Below are positions 1 through 12,495 of a stretch of 64,000 nucleotides of DNA, in pieces. A program made the position numbers and the translations under genes. Every line of letters begins with the position of its first letter. The first letter of the stretch is position 1. Source of the DNA: Haliotis cracherodii (taxonomy: Eukaryota); NCBI RefSeq assembly GCF_022045235.1, contig NW_027266275.1, positions 69,688,001 to 69,752,000 on the forward strand, given 5' to 3'. Below the pieces are notes generated by a model that was given only the letters and a program-made list of their open reading frames with translations, was not told the DNA's origin and ran no database searches.

Positions 1-566
1 AATCTTGGATGTAAAGTGTAATTGCATGTTGAAGGTAATGATTTGCGAAATAGTCGCTCTATTAACATTCCATGCTTTACCAAGGACATGGAGTTAAATT
101 GCCGCATGTCCATAGCATGTCGATATCTGCAATATGCACTTGTATGTACACGTCCGTGGGTATGCCGTGCTTCGTCGTGGCTTGCGTCGGTGTGAAGTAT
201 CTCTTGTATCGGCTCCCACGTGTATCTACATATCATGTACATTACAGCTGTGATCAAAGCGTTATGACTCCACTTAGAATCATGCTACCCATATTGCAGC
301 ATATTTGATCAGTAGCTTTAAGTGGCACTTTAGAAACTGTAGCGTCAATGAAGATAAAGTTTTTATTTCAGCTTATATTATATAAAGACAGTAGCACATG
401 TACCGAAACCGCAAATGAAAGAATAAGGAAGTTAAAATCCATGTCTTTGTCTTCATTTATTTAATCACTGCAACAACCATTGTTCTCTTGCATATTATAC
501 ACAATCATAAATATTGCTGTTTACATATTAATGTAAACATATCTATACAGAAATGACATAATAAAA

Positions 567-728
567 TGAATAAGTATTGTTTTGCGCCGTTTTTAGCAAT
601 ATTCCAGCAATATCATGGCGGGGGACACCAGAATTGGGCTTCACACATTGTACCCATTTCGGGAATCGAACCCGGTCGTTCGGCATGACGAGCGAACGCT
701 TTAACCACGGGCTACCCCTCCGACCTCC
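567..728 (-). mobile_element. SINE family A (tRNA-derived, ~165 bp, (ACTC)n tail)
   Basis: A/B-box head and GCTGGAATATTGCTAAAA 3' end; diverged copy. Confidence 0.85.
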
Positions 729-1529
729 TAATACAATTGAAGCATTCAGTGGGGTAGTAAACAAATGATTCGCAATGGTAATGTTCATGAACGTTAAAAC
801 CTACAAAGGATTTTTATTAGGTTCAGACATGTGTATTCTGTATGGAATCACCGGGGTGAGGAAATGCATGCATTGTAAAAAAAACTTGCTAGCGTCTCTT
901 GAATGTGACAAAGGAATGACGTGTTAACTTCTTTCTCAACAACATGATGTACCTCAACAAGGAGTTGCTTATCTCAAACATCCTTAGCAATTAATACTGA
1001 CATCGACACTAGATTAATGAAACATTTTAGTACATGGTATCTGATTATCTTATCATGAATTTGACATATCTTGATAACATTCCTTGCCCGAACCTGCTGG
1101 GTAAGTCCCAAGTACCATGCAAATATACAGTGAAATATGAAGCTGCGTTTATTTTGCATGTAGATGCACCAACACACTTTGCAAAAAATGCCATGTGATT
1201 TTGGCATGTACATGGGCCCCAGATGAGCACTCGTGGCATAAGGCATAGATATAAGTCCTAGGTACTGAATATACGGTTACAGGCCGGCAAAGCCACATTT
1301 CGAAAATAGATAGCCCAAATTGATGTGGCGCTCCCGGCAATGGTTATGGTTGCGTGATTGTATAATGTGGCTCTCACGGCTATGCTGTCAAAACATGCTT
1401 TGTGATTCTAACAGGTTACCGTATATAACAAAACAAGTCTTGTTTTCTCATTTCTTATTCAACAAGGATAACATATTCATCAGAACTTTACAATGATGAA
1501 TATGAATAGCATATGAATATCATAATGGA

Positions 1530-1940
1530 TCATAACTGCAGATGAAGGAGGTCGCCCACGTGGTCAGCATATTCCATCTCACTCAGGTGTTGGTTCAGGA
1601 GCTGGATCTTGAGGGACGCAATACGTGCATCGATTGCCTTGTACTTCTTTCTTCGTGAAGGTTCTGACCACTGGTGAGAGAGTCTCAGGACTGCAACCTC
1701 TTTGAGTGACTGCTCTCGCTGAAATAGCTTCACTACCTCGTAGATGTTCGGGTGGCACTTCTTAGCAAGTTTCTTTATCTTGTGCCACCCTTCCAGGTGA
1801 TTGTTGGTACGGTGGCCTTGGTTTTCGAAATGGTTCCAAATCTCTGGCATGAAGGCCTGTCCTTGAACCCAACTGGTTGTCACGTAGTCCATGAAAGCAG
1901 TCACTTTAGGGCCAGCAGGAGAGTCAGCAATGGCATCAAG
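1530..1940 (-). pseudogene. MULE transposase C-terminal fragment
   Basis: F-x-DY...W...WN...RTNNHLEGWH...HPNIYEVV is the catalytic-Glu region of animal MULE transposases. The N-terminal part is missing. Confidence 0.85.
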
Positions 1941-1942
1941 GT

Positions 1943-2083
1943 CTATCCCCTAAAGTAGACACATCAAAATTCGCGGATGATGGAGCCATCTGGATCCGCA
2001 CTAAAAGCATGAAAATGGCCAAAAATCTACTCCAAAAATCTCTTAATAAAATACAACAATGGGCTGACAAATGGGGCTTCTCC
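1943..2083 (+). pseudogene. Non-LTR retrotransposon RT fragment (I/Nimb/Jockey-like) inside the MULE
   Basis: Open frame LSPKVDTSKFADDGAIWIRTKSMKMAKNLLQKSLNKIQQWADKWGFS: catalytic FADD followed by LQxxLxxIxxWxxxWGF. Confidence 0.85.
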
Positions 2084-2140
2084 CGTGTGCGAAATACGCA
2101 TCAGTCGGAAAGCGCACGTTAAATCTCCAAAGTAAGTAAC

Positions 2141-2310
2141 ACCACGCTTAGTAATTTAAATGTGGGACACTCATTTAAAGGTATCTCTAAAGAACACCAC
2201 GCTTAGTAATTTAAATGTGGGACACTCAAATGTGGGACACTCATTTAAAGGTATCTCTAAAGAACACCACGCTTAGTAATTTAAATGTGGGACACTCATT
2301 TAAAGGTATC
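2141..2310. repeat. ~55-bp tandem triplication inside the MULE
   Basis: ACCACGCTTAGTAATTTAAATGTGGGACACTCATTTAAAGGTATCTCTAAAGAAC about 3 times; copy 2 has an internal 15-bp duplication. Confidence 0.9.
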
Positions 2311-3638
2311 GGTAATCGGATTAATTAATTACCCGCTAGAATAGGTGAAATGCACTCAGCTGAAAATGTGGCTCTACCGGCAATAGCCATTTCTGAAATG
2401 TGGCGCTCCCGGCTAGACACCGAATATACAGACATCGCGACGAAATACAACACTTCCCTGCAAGAATCGGTCGATTATGACGTCACAGTACGGTGGTGGT
2501 ATATTCGTGGCCAAGGTGATTCATGAAGTCATTATTAGTGTATGAACATGCGATGGCGCGGGGTGACGATGGATGCGTTGGTGATGAGGTCGTTGCTCTC
2601 AGGCTTTCTTAAAATGTGTATAACTTATCCATAAAAAGGAAAAAAGCTACTTGAAGCGATACGAGTGGCGTTTGAAGATATGACTAAAAGCTTAAACAGC
2701 AATGATAACGATTTGAATATAACGAATGTAAAAATCGAATAATATGTATTTATTAAATAATAAATAATAACCATCATCGGCAAGGTTGTACTCCGTCAAT
2801 CACCGCGACCTATGTTAATATATGCAAAACAACTTACAACCCTGCTTACAGAGTGAGTAAGTGAGTGAGTTAAAATTAAGTTTCGCATCGGCAACATATC
2901 TGCCGGATAGCGCTGATAAAATCATATTACAGAGCAAGTCATGAATATTAACGCCAATCCACTTCAGTGATATCGCACCATCAATATGACACTTCGATCA
3001 TATGATTCAATAAATTGCATTTATTCTGCAAAAGAACAATCCTCAATCATGCTAAATATGTAAAAAAGTACGAACTATCAAGTGGCATTAATCAACGAAC
3101 TGTTTCCCATGGGCAGTGTGGGAATAGCTTCTCCTGCACTGCCTCCATCCATCATAGGGATGCAGCCGGTTAGTGGGTACCACATCCTCATTAATTCTGA
3201 CTTGTATTAGTCAGGTGCGAAGACAGTGAAGTGGGCGAGTGTTTTATTTTGCCGCTGTAATTTGTCGGTAAAGAACATCGAGGCTATCCAACACGCTCCG
3301 TGAGTGAGATCAAGGGGATACGGGAGTTATTGCCCAAGTCTGACGTTGATTACTGCATTTGTACCGTAAGAATGAAGATGGGGAAACAGTAGAGATCCCA
3401 TGGTTGTTTAAAAAAAATGGTGTTGTGTAATTTCAAACATACGTTTAAAGTAAGACTCTTCCATTTTCATTATACGGCCTTTATATAAAATAAAAACGAA
3501 AGTAAAATGAAGACATAGACCATAAGATACTTAGTCATGTTTCACCTCAACTGTACTGCTGTAATACCTTAAAGAAAGCACATTCACCATCCCATAGTCA
3601 TATAATGTAAGTTTAAAGATATATATTTTAGATTATTA

Positions 3639-3836
3639 CAGACCAATCTCATTACTCCGGACACCGTTAATCCTGACACTCGGTATTCCGGACATCCTGT
3701 ATTCCGATTGATTACTTTGGGAACGTCTATAAAGTTAAAGGGACACTACTACTTACCAATGTTTCGTTAATCCAGACATTCGTTAATCCGGACGAATTGA
3801 CAGGGAAGGGTGCGGATTAAAAACGGGGTCTCACGG
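3639..3836. mobile_element. Degenerate pogo/Tigger-like MITE
   Basis: TA-flanked, imperfect inverted ends, repeated TAATCCGGAC subterminal motifs. Confidence 0.55.
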
Positions 3837-4043
3837 TACACAAGAATGAAACTAATGAAGTTTCAAAGATTTCAATTTGTTAGCATAAGGTGTTGCTCAT
3901 ACACTATAATAAAACAGAATAATAGTAACCGTTATTCGTTATTTGATTACAAAATCAACATCATAGGTAGTCGACACATAGAAATAAAACTGCCAAGGTG
4001 CTGTTTGAAGGTCACTGGGAGGTACAGCTTCCATCCATTTTCC

Positions 4044-4400
4044 GGCCGCCTCCGTGGTCTAATGGTAGAGCCTCCGCCCGGAGAGCTGAAGGTCCGGGGT
4101 TCGATCCCCGGCCGCGTCATACCAAAAGACGTTAAAAGATGGTACTTGTTGTTACCCTGTCTGGCGCTCGGCATTGAGGGGCTAAAACAAGGACTGGTCG
4201 GCTCGGAGTCAGTATACTGTGTCTGAGTGGGGTATTCATGTTAAACTGCGGCATGGTATCCCAGTGTGCTAGCACTATAAATCGGCATCAGTCCGGTCTA
4301 GTACAAGCAGCCACACACACACATATACACGTGCATGCACGTCGCTATATAAGTGCAATAATCTTGGACGCGACGTTAAACCCCATTTCCCCTCACCTCA
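4044..4400 (+). mobile_element. SINE family B (tRNA head, Meta-like central domain, (CACCT)n tail, ~350 bp)
   Basis: 13-bp TSD CCATCCATTTTCC; A/B boxes. GTCATACCAAAAGACGTTAAAAGATGGTACT...CTGGCGCTCGGCATT resembles the Meta domain as I recall it. Confidence 0.9.
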
Positions 4401-5809
4401 CCATCCATTTTCCATCCGTCACACTCTAGATCTATCACTGTGATGGAACACCAGACCTTCCATCTTTCTCTCCAGCTTCCGTTAATCACCTTCCAGTATG
4501 GCAGTTCAACACCCTTGTTCTCTGAGCAAGTGCTCATTATAGCCAAATGCTTTCCCGTCGCGTTTACCTGTTCAACGTGAACCTTTTTCATTTGTTTGTT
4601 TTTGTCCTATGCGTGAGGTAAACAATGGCTTTTAAATTCTTTGACGATTAGAGGTGGAACACTTCAGCTGTTTAGATACACTTTTCGACCTACGTATAAG
4701 CACTTTGCAGTCATAATTACAGAGAGCGATAACGAGTGCCAGTAATCACTGAGGTATCTGAGGGTGATGGGGTACCGTTAAGCCTCTTATCGCATGCTAC
4801 TTGTTAATACATTGAGGACTCTCTTGTAATTACCACAATTGTGTCGGTGAACTCAGATAAATGTTGTGTTTGCATATAAGCATAGGGAATCCCTTGGGAG
4901 GAACTATCAAAGCTTGTTCATGATACTCTGTGCCAGTTATGACCTTGGAACTTGATTCGTCTTTAGTCCATATTAAGATTGGCTACCAGGTTGATACGCT
5001 ACAGAGAACTAGTTTATCTTGATAACATGATAGCAAGGGAAAACACGATATCACCTTAGCACCATCGTGAAATCCGATAAGATATGTTGTTGTTTTGACA
5101 TGAAGTAACGTACACAGAGGTGTGTTCAATTTTTGAATATATTTAAGAGGAATATTGAAAGCTGTAGTAACAATGGAGACAAAGTTGAGCTGTGGATTTC
5201 AACCCTTCTTTCATCCGTTCAATGCAACATTAGCGAAGAAGAAATCCACAAGCCAATATTGACTTCAACTTTAAAACCCCTCGTGTCTGAAATTATGCCA
5301 TGACTACTCAACAATAAAAAAAATATAAATATAAATCTCATTTAAAAGTAATAAATCATACAGCGATTGAAATAAAACAAAGCCTATTTAAGAGATCATC
5401 TTCAACTAAGAATTTGGTGTTGATAATAGGGTAAATATGTTGACAGGGTAAAAGAACTATGTCGGTGCCTAGAGGTCATGGTGTTGTCCTTGACTGACAC
5501 TATTCCAAGAGGGTTATGACACCTGTGTAATTTAGCCGATATCTCCATGGCGGCATGACTCTGGTATGTTGTCTACATATCTTTGCTTTCATTATACATT
5601 GTTGTGACAAGGCGTTTGAGTTGACAATTATGTATCCTATGAAACGTCAACACCCGAGAATAACTCCATCATCTGGCGAAACAGATTCATTCCATTGGAC
5701 GCAAAAGGCAAGATAGTAGTTCAAATTACATGAATGGATTCCCAGGTGTTCGGGACAAAGATAAGCATGTCCGGCTGCATGTCACGAAGAAGACCCGAAT
5801 AAATGAATA

Positions 5810-5982
5810 CAGTAAACTACGTTTATAACGAACACGCTTACAACGAACTGACGGATATAACAAACTATTTCTTGGTCCCGTCCATTTGCTGTATGTATGC
5901 TGTACACATGCTTATAACGAACTACGGTTATAACGAATTAAAAAAGTGGACCCTTTGAGTTCGTTATAAACGTAGTTTACTG
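5810..5982. mobile_element. Tc1/mariner-pogo-type MITE
   Basis: Perfect 24-bp TIR CAGTAAACTACGTTTATAACGAAC with TA TSD. Confidence 0.9.
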
Positions 5983-6879
5983 TAGTTAAGCCTCGCTAAT
6001 CCATACTCCTTTCTTTTGTTAAACGACAAAACATCACGGAAAGGGTATTGAGAGACATTACTCCTCAACCGTCATTCCTTAATCGGCAAATTCCACTTTG
6101 AGCAATACCGTCCGTATTGATAGGGGGTTTGCTTTACACAGAAACTACGATTGTATTACATGTGGCATTTCAGTCGCAATGATTCCTATATTTTGGTTGC
6201 AGAGATTAACATAAAGTATCTTGCCTTGGAAAAAAATAGCATGCTTATCAGAGTTTTTTTGCAGAAATAAACAAGACGTGATTTTCCTTGGCAATGGGGA
6301 AAAGATGGTGTTTGCAGCAACGATGATAACTCTATGTTCTTGCAAATACCTATGTCATTCTTCCATCGGCTATGAACACATCGGAATTGTCTCACAACAT
6401 ACAAACAGTCGTTATCACAAGAAAGTTGTTTTTCGTTAGGATATATGAGAAATAAACAGCAACACGCATTCATCAGATGACAATCTTCCCCTTTCGAAAC
6501 GCGTTAGTGCATACATGTATTGAAAGACAAGGACATTGTCACACATGTAAGAACTCACGTTCCAGAATACTGGCTAGAAGTTGGCACAATTGGTTCTTAA
6601 TGGATAGTGTTGTGAATGAGCACGTCAAATTGTGCAAAATGATCATCACACAGAATTCCTACTGTTTTCACTGATATTTGTCACCTTTATGGTCAAATTA
6701 TGACCGATGCTAGAACACCACCACTATACATATATGTTACATTACCTAGTCCCACTGAGACCAGTATTCTGTTGCAACGCATTGTTTTCATTACAAATAA
6801 CACATGGATTGAGATATCATATACCCACACAATGTTCTCCAGAATACATGTGTACCTCATGCATGTCTAAGGTACGTAC

Positions 6880-7087
6880 CATTAAATGTAATTCTTCCGT
6901 CTTTGTTGTTGTCGACGACGTCCAAAACGTTGGTGACTTCCTCATCGGTCAGAGAGATTTCCCCTTGGAAGCCTTTGATGATCAGATGGAACTCATCGTA
7001 TGGTATATACCCTATAATCTTCGTGTCCAGAATACGAAAGTACTCCTTCATCTGAAACTCGCTATCGATTTCTACCACACCCGCCAT
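6880..7087 (-). CDS. Calmodulin-like EF-hand protein, first coding exon (69 aa plus 1 nt; exon with UTR is 6880-7142)
   Basis: MAGVVEIDSEFQMKEYFRILDTKIIGYIPYDEF...LTDEEVTNVLDVVDNNKDGRITFN has two helix-loop-helix motifs: a degenerate loop DTKIIGYIPYDE and a canonical loop DNNKDGRITFN-(E/D). Strong acceptor ctttcttcacag at 7143, in-frame TGA just before the ATG, phase-1 donor gtacgt inside the 12th loop codon. Terminal exon not identified. Confidence 0.85.
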
Positions 7088-7341
7088 TCAGAAAGAAGTT
7101 TTCTTCTTGGTATCGCCGAAATATACACCCTTGAATACGTATCTGTGAAGAAAGGAAAGGTACGATTCATAACCAGATTAACACCTAGTCTCTGAAATTA
7201 ACATATCTTGAAAAAAACAGTTGGTGAAACATCTTAATACAAAAATAATAGGAAAGGAGCCCAGAAACACTCTTCCTTTCCTGATATTGCAGTAATCTAG
7301 GCTTGCCCACTAATATAGACTTGCATGGGCTTTACTTGACA

Positions 7342-7508
7342 GTGAGTGAGTGAATATGGTTTTACGCCGCTTTTAGCAATATTCCAGCAATATTACGTCG
7401 GGGGACACCAGAAATGGGCTTCACACATTGTACCCATGTTGGGAATCGAACCCGGGTCTTTGGCGTGACGAGCGAACACTTTAACCACTAGATTACCCGA
7501 CCGCCCCT
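7342..7508 (-). mobile_element. SINE family A
   Basis: Full copy with TSD CTTTACTTGA. Confidence 0.9.
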
Positions 7509-7714
7509 CTTTACTTGATATATTTGTTTCAGGGTCTGTCTGACAGGGTAGGATCATAACATGAGTGAGTGACTGAGTATTGTTTTTATTCAACGCTTCA
7601 ATCAGCAAAATTCCAGCCATATCAGGGTGCATACATTATAGAGTTTGGACGAGGAAAACCAGTGACTGAAACAAGGAGCATCATCCACACCACCGGGGAC
7701 ATGCAGTCGAATTC

Positions 7715-8157
7715 CTGTTCCCATGCAAGTCGGATGAAGCGCCACAAGTTCTCGGACTGATCGTGTCACGGAATCCCCACATGGCGTCCTTCCGATGAAC
7801 GTGGCAGTCCTGTTCCCATGCAAGTCGGATGAAGCGCCACATGGATCCTTCGAATGAACGTGACAGTCCTAATCCCATGCAAGTCGGATTAAGAGTCATG
7901 ACTTCCCGGACTGATTGTGTCACGAAATCCCCACATGGCATTCTTCGAATGAACGTGACAGTCCTAATCCCATGTAAGTCGGATTAAGAGTCATGACTTC
8001 CCGGACTGATTGTGTCACGGAATCCCCACATGGCATTCTTCGAATGAACGTGACAGTCCTAATCCCATGTAAGTCGGATTAAGAGTCATGACTTCCCGGA
8101 CTGATTGTGTCACGGAATCCCCACATGGCATCCTTCGAATGAACGTGACAGTCCTAT
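7715..8157. repeat. ~95-bp tandem repeat, about 4.5 copies
   Basis: ATGGCATTCTTCGAATGAACGTGACAGTCC recurs at 7841, 7935, 8030 and 8125, with diverged copies upstream. Confidence 0.9.
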
Positions 8158-8679
8158 TTACAGGAAAGCTATTGACACGACGATAATCTATATAATATGT
8201 ACAAATGACGACTGATGTTCATGTCATTTAGTACACACATAATGCTAGCTAACGGAAACAAATTGAAAGATATTTGTCAGCATTTCATCATGAAGCAACA
8301 GTATGCCCGCATGAGTTGAAACCGGAGCTAATATGCCAATCTTAATGGAAATGTAGACACATGTGTCAGTCTCGATATCTCTGGCATCGCTTTGATCCAG
8401 GACAAACCGTAACCAGTCTCATCTGCTGGTTGCGCGTTGCCGTGGGTATGCTCTGAATTTTATCCTTTGCAGACCAGTATACCTATTGTTTTATCAAATA
8501 ACTAAGAAAACAGATTAATGTATAGGACAAAGATATTCAAGACCGGTGAGAAAATGTTGTAATTCACACATTCATCCATTTGACTGTCTGCCTTGAAAGG
8601 AATAAGATTAGACATCTTGTCAGAATCATCCTTAAGACGGTATAACCATATATACGTGTAATGTGAGTGCTTTCATACA

Positions 8680-9618
8680 ATGTCTCCATTTAAGTTTAGG
8701 AAGAACGTGTCTCCATTGAAGCTGTATGAAGAACATGTCTCTGTTGAAGCTGTAGAAAGAACATGTCTCCATTAAAGATAAGGAAGAACATTTCCCCATT
8801 AAAGCTAAGGAAGAACATTTCTCCATTGAAGCTAAGGAAGAACATTTCTCCATTAGAGCTAAGAAAGAACATTTCTCCATTAGAGCTAAGGAAGAACATG
8901 TCTCCATTAGAGCTAAGGAAGAACATGTCTCCATTAAAGCTGGGGAAGAACATGTCTCCATTAAAACTAAGAAAGAACATTTCTCCATTAAAGCTAAGGA
9001 AGAACATTTCTCCATTGAAGCTTAGGAAGAATATGTCTCCATTAAAGCTAAGGAAGAACATGTCTCCATTAAAGCTAAGGAAGAATGTGTCTCCATTAAA
9101 ACTAAGAAAGGACATTTCTCCATTAAAGCTAAGGAAGAACATTTCTCCATTGAATCTTAGGAAGAACATGTCTTCATTAAAGCTAAGGAAGAACGTGTCT
9201 CCATTAAAGCTAAGGAAGAACGTGTTTCCATTAAAGCTAAGGAAGAACATTTCTCCATTGAAGCTTAGGAAGAACATGTCTTCATTAAAGCTAAGGAAGA
9301 ACATGTCTCCATTGAAGCTTAGGAAGAACATGTCTTCATTAAAGCTAAGGAAGAACATGTCTCCATTGAAGCTTAGGAAGAACATGTCTCCATTAAAGCT
9401 AAGGAAGAACATGTCTCCATTATAGCTGTAGGAAGAACATGTCTCCATTAAAGCTAAGGAAGAACGTTTGAAGCTTAGGGAGAACATGTCTCCATTAAAG
9501 CTAAGGAAGAACATGTCTTCATTATAGCTGTAGGAAGAACATGTCTCCATTAAAGCTAAGGAAGAACGTTTGAAGCTTAGGAAGAACATGTCTCCATTGA
9601 CGATTAGGAAGAACATGC
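8680..9618. repeat. 27-bp minisatellite, about 34 copies
   Basis: Unit CATGTCTCCATTAAAGCTAAGGAAGAA. Confidence 0.97.
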
Positions 9619-10066
9619 GATGACTAGCAACAATAACCATGATTGAATGGGTTTTTTACAGATAAAGCAGTTCGGAGCAATAAGTTAAAACAAATGGTCA
9701 TACGAGACGAGATTATGCTTTGAACACATCTTTCGTTCGTAAACCCATCTGTCAAGATACGTTTTATGAAGATGAAAACCTTCCAATTATAATGAACAGG
9801 CTGCTTCAGCACATGGTAGTCGCAAGTCTACATATAAAATACCAATAAATCATTTTCCAGTTAATCTGAAATGGAATTTAATTACGAAAGCTCATTTACG
9901 GATAAATTGTAAAGGTGGTGCATTTCATAAGCATGGCTGAAAGTGAATTCACCGTTCCATCACCCAACAGGTGTAGCATTTTGGCTAAAAATGTCAGAAT
10001 AATATATGTTACAAAGGGATAACTATTTCAAAAATAAATGACGTGCAAAACAACATATTATACTAC

Positions 10067-10150
10067 CTGAAAATTAAGACAGCTGAAGTCAGAACTGCGT
10101 TTCCACAAACAACGGCTCATAAACCGATCTCTCAACGCCGGTACCTTTCA
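10067..10150 (-). other. Putative non-coding first exon of the EF-hand gene
   Basis: Donor CAG|gtagta at 10067/10066 in non-repetitive sequence upstream of the 7143 acceptor. The 5' boundary is a guess. Confidence 0.35.
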
Positions 10151-11139
10151 AACACAAGCGGAAGGCAGAACAGCGCTATATCCTTCCTTTAGCAGAGAGA
10201 TGGTACAGGGAGAGATTTGTGAATGGATCTCTCTCTAAGCTCGAGACGCCCCGAGTAGGAATATACATGTTCTGTGTGGATTATAAACTATAGGATTGGG
10301 CACTGGAGGCAAAAAGAACAGGGGCTCTTAAACATCTTATCTGTGCCATGGGAATCACATCGCAGGTAAAAATGGAAAGTTGCAGGTTTCGATTTCATTG
10401 ACATGGGAAGAGCTTTTTTTAGTCAGTTTGAGGATAAGCTTTACGAGACAGATAAGATCTGATTTTGGCAAACAGTTTGGTAGGATTTTTTTGTGCTAAA
10501 GTAACAGAATATATTGCTGAAGTGTAATAATGAAATTTTGAATGGACATAGACAATTCTGAGTAACTTTTGGAACGATATGTCTCTATTATTATAAATAA
10601 ATTTTAGACTATAGTTGATACGGTGAACAATTTATAAAGAAGGTAAAGATAAAAGGAACTCGCTATGGGAATCAAGCAGCTTGGAAGCAAGGATCGGTGA
10701 TAATATATAACATCATTTACCTGTTATGAGATGCAAGACAGGTTTTCAGTCGTGCACAGTCACGCTACATAAGTATTGTCTAGCCCAATACGTGACCGCT
10801 GCTAAATGGTTCCCCTTCCGTGCGTATTCAGAGATCGAAACTTTTTGGTATGGTGGGGAATTCTAACGCGACAAATAGGACCGGGGGTCTCATGAATAAA
10901 TCTACATATTTCGTCACTTCCTTTTTGACTATGAGCAAGTCTGAAGCCCACGTGTGCTAATTACATGTATCCGTTTCATACAAGGGGCAATAACTGCTGT
11001 CGGCTTCAATACATAAATTTTCTTCTCGTTAAGAGAATACGAGAATACAATCTAGGTGGCTTGTCTGATAATCTTTATTTGTGGCATCACCAATTTACCA
11101 AGACGATGAGTTAGCGAAGGTTAAGGTAATCCTGCGGTC

Positions 11140-11601
11140 ATTTTAAGGCGAGCAGACGCCATAGCTCAGTTTGTGTGAAATTGCCAACAGCTGTCTCACC
11201 ACAAGTGATTGACTAGCTGGCGGATCAACACGCGCGCGCGCGCCACGAAATCCACGAGCAGGCGATTAATCGTGGACTCGTCATAGCACGTGCGCCGTTT
11301 CACAAGTCATCGTCTGCTGCCATCTTCAAGCAAAATCTCAAATCTCTTAATCGAAACCCGACGTGAAATTGAATTGCTTTGATTATCTGAAATATATCCG
11401 CCTGTTTTTTTCGCGAGGCAGCTTGGCAAATTCTTTTGCCATTACTGCATTCTTTGAACACTCATCAACAACGATCATAACGTTTTCGCGAGCATGTTAA
11501 ATTACAGAGGAAAGTTATGGATTTTAAGTTGTGATGTTTAATTGGAAGAAAGTTTATCACACCGAAACGACCGAATAGAGATAAAAGTGTTTAATCTTCC
11601 G
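11140..11601 (+). promoter_or_regulatory. CpG-rich putative promoter / 5'UTR exon between the divergent genes
   Basis: Local CpG enrichment; (CG)6 tract at 11231-11243; YY1-like GCCATCTT at 11319; two TTTTCGCGAG near 11408 and 11483; AGCAGACG at 11151 inverted at 11311; candidate donor CCG|gtaaac at 11601. Confidence 0.4.
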
Positions 11602-12165
11602 GTAAACATATTTTTCTTGTTTAGACATTTTCCCAATGTTTTAATTATAAACAGGAAGCAGATATTATTTGTTACATTAAATTTGAGATACCCTTAAATT
11701 TGTGAAGCTCGGGGATGAAAGATACTGTCTGGATCCTTTCCTGGAAGATGATGTCGGAAAATAAACACTGTATACAAGGACGCCTGGCACTTGATGGGAA
11801 ATATAAGTCCTCTTGTTTTTATCATCATGAGAACATGGCGTATGCAGTAAAAAGTCCTCGCCACTTCCTAGATCTTTTTGCGATTTTGAAATTACATCAT
11901 CGACCCTCCTTATCTCGTTTGTATATTCCAACGTGTTTTCGATTTGATAATTATGTATCTTGTTTACTTGCTCTTTTGCATGCAATCCTTCGAAACGTCA
12001 TGTTTATTTCACAGACACAACATATCTACATAGAGTCAGCTGTGAATATTGTTGTGCAGCGTTACCATGTTGACACTTAGCGCCGACATGTGTTGTATCC
12101 GTCTCGCAGCACATCGTTGGATCTGTCACGTGACCAGGCATATTCATATTACCTTAAGGCAATTA

Positions 12166-12495
12166 GGCCGCCTCCATGGTGAAGTGGGTAGAGCGTCTGC
12201 CCGGTGAACGGAAGGTCGGTTGTTTGATCCCCGGCCGCGTCATACCAAAAGACGGTAAAAGATGGCTTTGGTTGTTACCCTGCCTGGCGCTCGGCATTAA
12301 AGGACTGGTCGACTCAGAGTCAGTATACTATGTCTGAGTGGGGTATTCGTGATAAACTGCGGCATGGTATGTATCTCAGTGGGCTAGGAAAAAGAACCGG
12401 CCTGTCCTGACTAGTACAAGGAGCCACACAAACACACGCGCATGCACGTCACCACTGACTGCCAGAATCTTATACGCCACGTTAAACCCCACTTC
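12166..12495 (+). mobile_element. SINE family B, diverged
   Basis: Colinear with 4044-4400. Confidence 0.85.

Larger units (their letters stand above)
1275..2421 (-). mobile_element. Internally deleted Mutator-like (MULE) DNA transposon
   Basis: 8-bp TSD GAATATAC at 1267-1274 and 2422-2429. Imperfect TIRs GGT...GCCGG..GCCACATTTC with subterminal ATGTGGC motifs. Contains a transposase C-terminus. Confidence 0.85.

Noticed and set aside
3810-4429. Recurrent ORFs such as GRVIPKDVKRWYLLLPCL and MLNCGMVSQCAST
   Set aside because: Chance translations of SINE B copies.
8632-9640. Long ORFs (314, 220, 127 aa) with 9-residue repeats
   Set aside because: They are translations of a 27-bp minisatellite, open on both strands because the unit is a multiple of 3.
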